Positions 54,801-64,000 of a stretch of DNA of 64,000 nt are shown here, one piece after another (position 1 is the first letter of the stretch; each line of letters starts with the position of its first letter). The notes beneath the pieces are model-generated. The model made no database searches. It saw only the letters and a list, made by a program, of their open reading frames with translations, and was not told the origin of the DNA. The stretch lies in the NCBI GenBank assembly GCA_964016885.1, contig OZ024755.1, positions 13,082,001 to 13,146,000 of the forward strand, read 5' to 3'. Made by a program: the position numbers and the translations under genes. This DNA comes from Eledone cirrhosa. Its lineage: Eukaryota.

Positions 54801-56208
54801 TATTCGTATATCTAGAACTGCTTTACATAATAACATGTCCTTCCTTTTTTTAAGAATGCAGAGTGGGATTTAAGAGAATATTTGTACACTTTCTAGCATT
54901 TCGAGTAATTACATAAAAGCTCCCTCGTTACATCATTGTTCATGTTGTTGTTGTTGGTTTGGTAGTGATAGCAGTGAAGTTGATGGTAAAAGAGGTAGTG
55001 GGGATAGGAAGAGGTGTAGTGGGGGAGTAATGAGGTGGATGGTAGAGGAGTGGTGTGATGGAGGTCGGGGATGGTGAAAGTGACGTTTGCTTGCTTGTCA
55101 AGATATTTCATTTAGATAAAAAATAAAGTTTTCCAGATTAGACTTATGAATAGTAAACATATACACACATACACATATGCACACACATGTAATTGCACAC
55201 ATACAAACATATACATCCACACATACAGATACTAAACACAGACACACACACAAGCATATATCCACACATATGCATATACAGAGACATACACTCGTACATA
55301 CAAACACACACATACACAACACACTCACAAGCATTCATTCATACATACACATAACACATACATTCATACATAACTGCACACACATACACATGCACTCATA
55401 CACAAACCTATCTAAGAGTAGTTGCTATGCATGGAATTTAAGTCTGTCTGTATCAAAGCCCCAGTCAGTGTCCCTGGGGGACAGGAACTAGCTAGAGAAA
55501 CCTTTAGTTTGGGTCTAATATATTCTAAAGTATTTATTAGTCAAGGACAGTTGATTGGCAGAATCATTAACACTTCTGGCTAATACTTTTGGGTATTTAT
55601 TACGACTCTTTATATTCTGAATTCCAATCCCACCATCATGTTGTGCCAAAAGCAGAAAACTAGAGTTATGGCCCTTTGCGTTCTGAGTTCAAATCCTGCC
55701 GAGGTTAACTTTGCCTTTCACCCTTACGGGGTCGATAAAATAAAGCACCAGTAATATACTAAGATAAATGCTGGCCTTGTGCCAAAAGTAGAAACTATTA
55801 TTATTATGACTAGTGGCGGTGGATTAGCAGTATCAGTAGAGAGTCGGACGCCATGCTTTCCAGCATAGTTATGTCCCTTTACGGTCTGAGTTCAAATCCT
55901 GCCAAGGTTAGGTTAACTTTGCCTCTCATCCTTACGGGGTTGATAAAATAAAGTACCAATAATTGCTGGCCTTGTGGTGCCAAAAGTAGAAACAATTATT
56001 ATTATTACTATTTTTTTTTTTCCGTATTTATTCCAGCTCTTTATATTCTGAGTTCAAACCTTGCCATGGTCAATTTTGTCAACTCTTCCACCCTTCCAGA
56101 GCTGACAAATAAAGTACTTTTGATATCAACTCGCTTGAGACCACCTTGGTTTTCCCAACACAAACATTATTTTGTTTTGAAGAGATCATCACCATAATTG
56201 ATATTTAA

Positions 56209-56406
56209 CCCTTTAGCATTTAAACCAGCCAAAATTTTCTCATCTCTTTCTGTTCACACTGGCTGTAACCAGCCAATCATACTGATGTTAAGGTATTGTT
56301 CTCAAAATAAATAATATCAAAATCTCATAGATTCGATATTATGTGAGGTAATGCCTTCACTGTGAAAATGCAATAGTATATATAGAGTAATGTAAATGCT
56401 AAAGGG
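56209..56406 (+). mobile_element. piggyBac-type MITE
   Basis: TTAA on both sides; TIR CCCTTTAGCATTT/AAATGCTAAAGGG. Partial copies near 660-842, 8205-8247 and 32255-32410. Confidence 0.8.
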
Positions 56407-58337
56407 TTAAATCAAAACCTCTCATCATAATTTTATCTAAAAATCTTTCATTTAACGTCTGTTTTCCCTGTTAGCAAAAGATGGACAGGTCTTCCTAGTC
56501 TGTCTGAGTCAGTACTCAATCAGAGCTACTGAACTTTCAGATGAGCCAGGGGCCTGCATGTCATTTGAATATGATCCCACATTCTACCAAATGCATATTA
56601 TTGAAACACCGGACTAGAGAGGTTGTTAAGTCTTTGACGTGGCTGAAAGCTTCTTCTGACCCTTGATTCTACAACAACAAAAAATTGTTCCGAAACCTCC
56701 TGAAATTCTCAATTGTTTTAAACAAAATGAAACACACAGGCAGTGACTTTCATTCGAAATATGGCCACAAAAGGGTTTAAATATTTAATTACCAGGCCTA
56801 ACTACAAACTAAAGAATTTCTCCAAAAAAAAAAAAAAAAAAAAAAATCAAACAAAGGAAGACCTGAAGAGAATTTACAGACAATATTGCTTTGAATGTGA
56901 CACACGTGAAACCCAAAGACACAGTATTCAGCAAAACATCAATGCTAATAATATTAACTTCAGTAAAATGACAATTTCTTTTTCTGTCTACGATAATGAT
57001 ATTAATTTTCAGTGAAATTATAATGATATTAAATTTCAGTAAAAAAAGGGGAAGAAAAGAAAAAAAAATAGGGCTCTGCTTAGAGTAATAAGGTAATGCT
57101 GTTGAAAACATATGGGAAGGGGTTGATGATGTGTAGGGGGCATATGGTGGGAAGGGGTGGATGATGGGTAAGGGTAGATGATGGGAAGGAAGGATGTATT
57201 TTTCAGGATGTTCCATTTTTTTTTAACAGTGGGAGAGGGATCAGAGAGTACAACAGCAGATTTTATTACCTTTAATGGCTTAGGTATCCCACCATACCCT
57301 CTTTAAAAAAACAAAAGTCAGAACACTATGTGTATGTATACACACATACACACACATATATATATATATATATATATTTACATACACACACACATATATA
57401 TATACACATGTAAAAATGCACATCAGGGATGTTACACAATACATCACACTAATTCTCTCTCTATCACACACACACAACATATAAACCTGAGGGAAATGTC
57501 GCAATGAAGGCCCATAAGAAGGAAAGTGTGGAACTGTATATACTGTAGATGTGGTAGTGGTAATAGTGGGGGGAGGGGAGTAGAACTAACATTAATTAGA
57601 TAAATTACACCAGGAGAGGGAGGCAGGGAGGATATGGAAGAGGGGGTGTTACAATGTAATCTATGATAAAACTATAGGGTGTATGTATTTATACAAGATA
57701 TATGTATTCTTTTAGTCTTTTACTGGTTTCAGGCATTTGATTCTGGCCATGCTGGAGCACTACTTTCAAATGTTTTGTTGACACATACTGCCTCCTAGTA
57801 CTTTTTTTTTTTTTCAAGTCTGGTAGCTATTTTATCAAACTCAATTTATCAAACCACTAAATTATGGGACATCTTAACTATAATAAAGGAATAAAGAGTA
57901 ATGTTAAAGACAGATAACACATGATTGTGACAAGTAAAGAAGACATTAAATCAGTTGATGATGATGATGATGACATCTATATCATCATCATCATCATTCT
58001 ATGTCCACTTTCCATGTGTACTGTAGAACAAAATATGAGTTTCCAGCAAGCCAAGACTGTGGTCTGTGGTGGAGATTTCTGGCATCCTTGGTCCACTGAA
58101 CGACCTCCTTACTTATTGCTATAGTTGACCAACTACAGAAGTGAACCCCATGATTGAAATAGCTATCCTCTGAGAGAGGATAGCTATTTCAATTGCTGGG
58201 TCCATGAGGTGGCTAGCTCCCTCGAGGGTCCTGCATGCCAGAGAACATTGTCTGATGCTGTCTGAGCTTGTATCATTGGGGTAGCAATGGTAAAGGTTGC
58301 TGATATCTATGACATCTGTTGAAACACAGACACACAC

Positions 58338-58379
<42 letters not shown>

Positions 58380-61300
58380 GTTTAAATCATGGTAGCGTGG
58401 AAAAATTTACGTAAAACAGTGATGATGATGATAAAAGCTATGCAAGCATGGAAAAATGGACGCTAAATAGTGATGATGATATAGATATATATATATATAT
58501 ATATATACAACTTTATAATTTTACTTATATCCTTTAGAAAGCTATGTACACCACAAGTCCCCATTTATTTCACTTTAGTGCAACAGTGAAGGCATGTGGC
58601 CTAGTAGTTAGGGTGTTGGACTTATGAGCATAATGTCATAGGTTCAATTCTTGGAGTAGGTGGAGTGTTGAGCTTTTGAGCAAATCACTCCATTTCACAT
58701 TGTTTCTGTCAATTCAGCTAAAAATGAGTAACAACAGTAGCTGGGAGGTTAACCCCGTGATGAACTGGTGTCCTGTCCAGCAGAGAGTCTGGTACCCTAA
58801 GTTGCTTAACACCAATGGAACCAGGAGAAGTCATGCACAGTTTGATGATCTTCAAAGCTTGAGTCAAACTTCAACTTTTTTAGTGAAAAAGAGACAATAA
58901 TATTTCTATCAAATGATGTAAAATTGATTCCTGTATTTATGACATTTTCAAGGCTTTATTAATCAACAGAATTATTAAATATGGAGCTAAACGAGGGGCT
59001 CTCCAAATAGTTGATATCAATCTCCAGGAGTTGATGGAACTGCCCAGGGAATCGATTGAACTTTTGGGTCAAAACCTGATATTTTTATAAGAAATGAAAA
59101 TAAATAAAATAGATGACTGATAAGTTTCAGAAAGCTGGTACAATGCGGTAGAAATAAAAAGCAATGGATAACAAATGAAACAAAACAAAGTAATATTATA
59201 TTTCAGGGTTATTATCCTCTTTTCAAAAGTGAAACAGAACCGGTTCAAAACAAAAACAATTTACCGCATTGTACTAGCTTTTGGAAACTTATCAGTCATT
59301 TATTACAAATCTCATAATACTTCATATTAACTATATTACTTCATTCACATAAAATAGAACTTGCTTATACAGGTTTATGATTTATATATAATTAGTCTTT
59401 TTTGTTTATTTAATATAGGACTATTTTATATTTTGTTTACCGATTTTATTATTTATATGTGTACATGCCTGCAGTTTGATTAGAGGATTAAGGATTCTAT
59501 GATGTCAGTCAAGGGCCTAAAAAGTTCAGAGAGCCCTGAGCAAAATAACAAGCAAACCAACTTCTATGAGGAATAATAAATACAAAATTTACAAAAATAA
59601 AGAAGTGATCAGAATTGAATATGTGTGGTGGGGTATTTATATTTACTGTTTGTTTATGTCATGTAATTTAGCAGTTCAAGGGATTAAGTACCAGATTTGA
59701 AAATAAATAAGTACTAGGGTTAATATGATTGATGAAATCCCTTCATGTCTGTGCCCCAGCATGACTACAGTCTAATGTCTGAAACTAGTAAAAGAATAAA
59801 GAACATGCATATAGACAATTCTACAGAAATAATACACATACATGAACAAGTCTACAGAATACCCAAACACACACTCATATAGAAGTGTATGGAACATGTA
59901 CACACACAAGCCTACCAACTATACATACATGTACATACGCATGTACAAACATACAGAATGAATACATACATGTATATGCATAATCCTACATAACCCATGC
60001 ACACACTCACACACAAACCTACAGAACACATACACATGTATGCACAAGCCTACAGAACACACACACACACGCAAGCCAACAGAATCCGTGCCCACATACA
60101 TTCATATACACATACACACATGCTTACAGAATACACATACACACATGCCTACAGAGCACACATACATTCATATATACATACATACAAGCCAACAGAATCC
60201 ATATACATATATATACATATATATAAGCCAACCGAATCCATATACATATATACATACATACAAGCCAACAGAATCCATTACATATATATACATACAACAA
60301 ACAAACTTGCAAACACACACGTATACACAAAACGTGTCTGGAGAAATTTGAAAGAGAAGAGAGAAGTGAGATACGGCATACTCACAGTGGAATAACTTGT
60401 AGAGAGAAATAGGAATGGTGTTGTTGGTGTTGTTTTTAATAAAGAGATGTTGATGTCATCTGAGAAATGTCTTGTTTACACAGAACAACTCATCTAACAA
60501 CGAAAAGGAAAAAGAATATGTAACAACAACAATACTATTAATATCATTTATTATTATTATTATTAATGTATACTTTCGATTTTTTTTTTTACTTCATCCG
60601 ATATTCATGCAATCCCCACCCCACGCTTTGAGTAACATGCCTTTATAATGCCCCTCCTGTCATCCGGCACCCTTGTGGCAAAATAAAATAAAAAAAATTC
60701 TACTATTACTACTACTATTATTATTATTGTACAGTATGCCAGATAAGAATTATTGCGTTTTATCGCATGCTTCCTGACAGGATAAGTGAGAAATGGAAAG
60801 GTGATGGTGGAGATAGTGGAGATGATGTTTATGGAGGCCAGGTGAGGGGAGTGGGTATTTACTACATAGAAACCAGCCGGTCTGTGCCGGCACCCAGTCC
60901 AGCGGAACAACTGAAAAAGAAGGGGGTACCAGATAAAAAAAAAAAAAAAACATGGGTAACACGCACAAAAACAAATAAACATGGGGGATAATGAAAGAAG
61001 GGAACAGACAGACGAGTCTGATTGTGAATACCAAAGATTCAGGTAGGATGGGTGGGTAGATGGAGGGATGGGTGGAGATAGCAGGTTAAACAAGAAACAA
61101 AATTTACGCGAAGAGGAGTGAATTCACCAGACATAGCTTCCACTTCATCGCCTTAGCCACCCCACCCTCATCATTTTCTCGCACACGCACACACGTACAA
61201 ACATATACAGGGTGTCCCCCCCCAAAATGTATACACACTTCAACAGCATTCTAATCAAAGTGTGTATATATTTGGGGGGGGGGGGGGACACTGTATATAC

Positions 61301-64000
61301 ACACAAATATACGTAGAAGTGTATACACACGCACATATACATACACACAGACATATACGCACACATACAAATATACATATACACACACATACAAACATAC
61401 ATATACACACACATACAAACATTTCCCTTCTCCCCTTCTGCTAATTCCTTTCTAGTTTGATAGCTAACATCTTGTTCATGTCGCTCTCTGAATCATCCCT
61501 TAGTCTGCTACAGCAGTCAATCTCCTCTTTACCATTTATTCTTTGGAAAATATTTTACTAGCATATATCACTGATGGGACACCACAACATATCTTGTTTT
61601 ATAACGTAGTTCAGGACGATGTGTGTGTATATATATATATGTACTGTGTGTGCTGTATGTATGAAAGGAGGGTCGGCTGAAAAGTTCATAGGCTGACTAT
61701 GGAAGGAGTGATGATGTTAGAGCTGTAAAATCTTGCATGCATTAATTTCAACTCTTCTTACTAATATCTGTATTGTTTCTTTCAAGGGACCTTGTTGAAA
61801 AATAAACCTCTTTTGATCATTCCACGAGAGTATCTTGATCAGCTTATGAACTTTTCAGCTGAGTGAGTGTATGTGAATACGTATGTATGAATGTATATGC
61901 AAGCATGTGTTTTTAAGTTGTATCTTTGAGCAAAACACTATTTTACGTTGCTCCAAACCACTCAGCTGATAAAATAAAAATGAGTTGTACTTGTAATTCA
62001 AAGAACAATCATTGTTACATTTTGTATCATGCTAAGGGAGCATGTGTCTGTGGAATGCTCAGCCACTTGCACGTTAATTTCACGAATAAACCGTTTCGTT
62101 GTTTGAATAAATGGAAAGTCTGTCGTCGGAATCGCCGGTCAAACTGTGTGTACGTGTGTATATGTATGTATGTATGTGGATGTATATGTGTACATACGCT
62201 ATCTGCGAGTGTATATATATATATATTTGTATGTGTACGTGTAGATATTTATGTGCATGTATATTTCTACGTGTATGTGTGTATATTAGTGCATGTGCGT
62301 ATGTGTATATATCTGTCTGTGTGCATATATATATTTGTATGTGTGTATAATATTATCTAAAGAATTCCTATTAATGTCACAAACGACAAATAATCGATGA
62401 GACAAGGGACACCGTTACGTAGATGTTTGATCAGTTAGAAATAGCAGCCAAAACTCCCTCAGAACCACGCACTACCACCTTAAAACAAAGAATGGCGCGT
62501 TGGACAATGGAAGTCCCTGATATACCAAAGAAAAGATGAGCTGGTCATGGCTGGAATGCTCGGCTAAGACAACACTAATAACGTAACAGTTCGCACTGCC
62601 TCCAAATATATACAGAACTGCACTGCGTTCAATAAAACATTATTCTTCAAATGAATAGATTAACATACATGCAGACGTGTATGTATGTGTATATATATAT
62701 ATATATACAAACGTCAGCGTATATAACATATACGAGCATCTAGGTGTATGTATAGCACACATAGAAATGTCTAAATGCATGCATGTGAGTGTGTATATAT
62801 GTATATCACACACATGTACACGTATATGGGTATCTGTGTTGTGTCTGTGGAGGGGAGGGGGTTATAATAAACGTGTAAACGTCTATACATGCAAACATTC
62901 GTATATAGACATCCATTAAACATACTATAGTATACATGCATTTATACAAATATATATATATACGCATCCACACAAATATACATACGTGTATGGAAAACAT
63001 AAATGATTTCTAATACTGTTGATATAGGTCATCGAATATTTTTGAATACACTACGTGGTCACTCGACCCGGTAGATATAGATGCAAAATCTCACTCGAAT
63101 CATACATTTTATACGATAAAAAAAAGAGTGCGTACATCTCACATCGTAGGTCCTGATATAAATTTATAATAAATAGACGGGATGGTCACAATTGAGACGC
63201 ATTTGAGCATAATTCTGTTTGATCAGACCAGGCCTGGGGCTAAACAATGCCGATGACAGTGAAATAGAAATGTATGCAGGGAATTTATGCATATATGCAC
63301 AAACACATATGCATGCAATGTGTCAAACGTATATACACACGCGTACATAAATACACAGAGATACAGGGAGAGGGGCAAAGACACGCATGTGTCCACATTA
63401 ATATAATAAATTACCAACCTAGAGTAAGTTGAGAAGAATAAGGCTGAATTGTTCTCCGAGGTAAACCATAGCAGCCCTTCTTTCCAGCCTTAATAATTCC
63501 ACCACCACCAAACAGCCGACTGCTTCAGCTGATGCTGTGTTCTAATAAAAGCCTGATCTTCGGCTGGGAGAAGTCGTCAGATGGAGTCAATAGGCATGTG
63601 AAAGAGTAATTTGAAAATTACTGGCCGGAAACAGTCGTTTTTGTTAAAGCTGGGACAGAAATTACCGATTCCATGAAAGTCTGACACACGACTGGAACTA
63701 ATAGTATCTGCCTGTCTGAAAACCACTAGACACATAATCAATTAAACCCCCTCCTCCTCTCTCACTCCCTATTTCTGTAGCCGAGTTTCGTGTGTGAAAA
63801 CTTCTACAACTATATTGATAGTGATGTTGACAACGATGCTATGAATAATGCTAACCTTTATAATACTACTAATAATAATACTGATGTTTGATAATGAAGA
63901 TTTATTAGTTGCTTAAACACGTCTTAGGTTGTTAAGACGAGAAATGAGATTGTGATGGTGTTTGTGCCTTATTTTCGAGGGTATTAGCGACATACATTGC

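Noticed and set aside
58119-58315. Possible minus-strand exon after an aacag acceptor
   Set aside because: No recognisable protein and no partner exons; likely decayed repeat.
60386-61150. Possible non-coding first exon of CRLF3 (gtgagt donor at 60385)
   Set aside because: Plausible, but only a single donor motif supports it; needs transcript data.
63420-63716. Complex GC-richer segment with a minus-strand acceptor
   Set aside because: All three frames hit stop codons; at most a UTR exon.

Overview
AT-rich, microsatellite-dense eukaryotic genomic DNA. The SINE/RTE repeat content and (TA)n density suggest an octopus (inference). Four spliced protein-coding genes were rebuilt by hand with GT-AG boundaries and consistent phases. 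(1) Mitochondrial thioredoxin TXN2 (-, 2199-6140, 167 aa). (2) A TEX33/CIMIP4-like gene (+, 8703-13989, about 317 aa), head-to-head with TXN2. (3) An unrecognised 2-exon secreted prepropeptide (-, 24401-32778, 136 aa) with a TATA box, signal peptide, KR/KK/RR sites and one GKR amidation site; it is a candidate novel neuropeptide or secretory peptide precursor. (4) CRLF3 (-, 45559-52530, 447 aa). The non-coding DNA holds tRNA-derived SINEs, decayed RTE LINE pieces, piggyBac/mariner/pogo-type MITEs, a Helentron-like element, minisatellites and a ~1.3-kb tandem duplication. It also holds a recurring set of short elements that carry minimal type I hammerhead-ribozyme motifs, share a 3' YGAGTRCY motif, are often folded back into long inverted repeats, and end at (TA)n tracts. 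These look like Penelope-type retroelement termini. Most ORFs in the supplied track are microsatellite artefacts.
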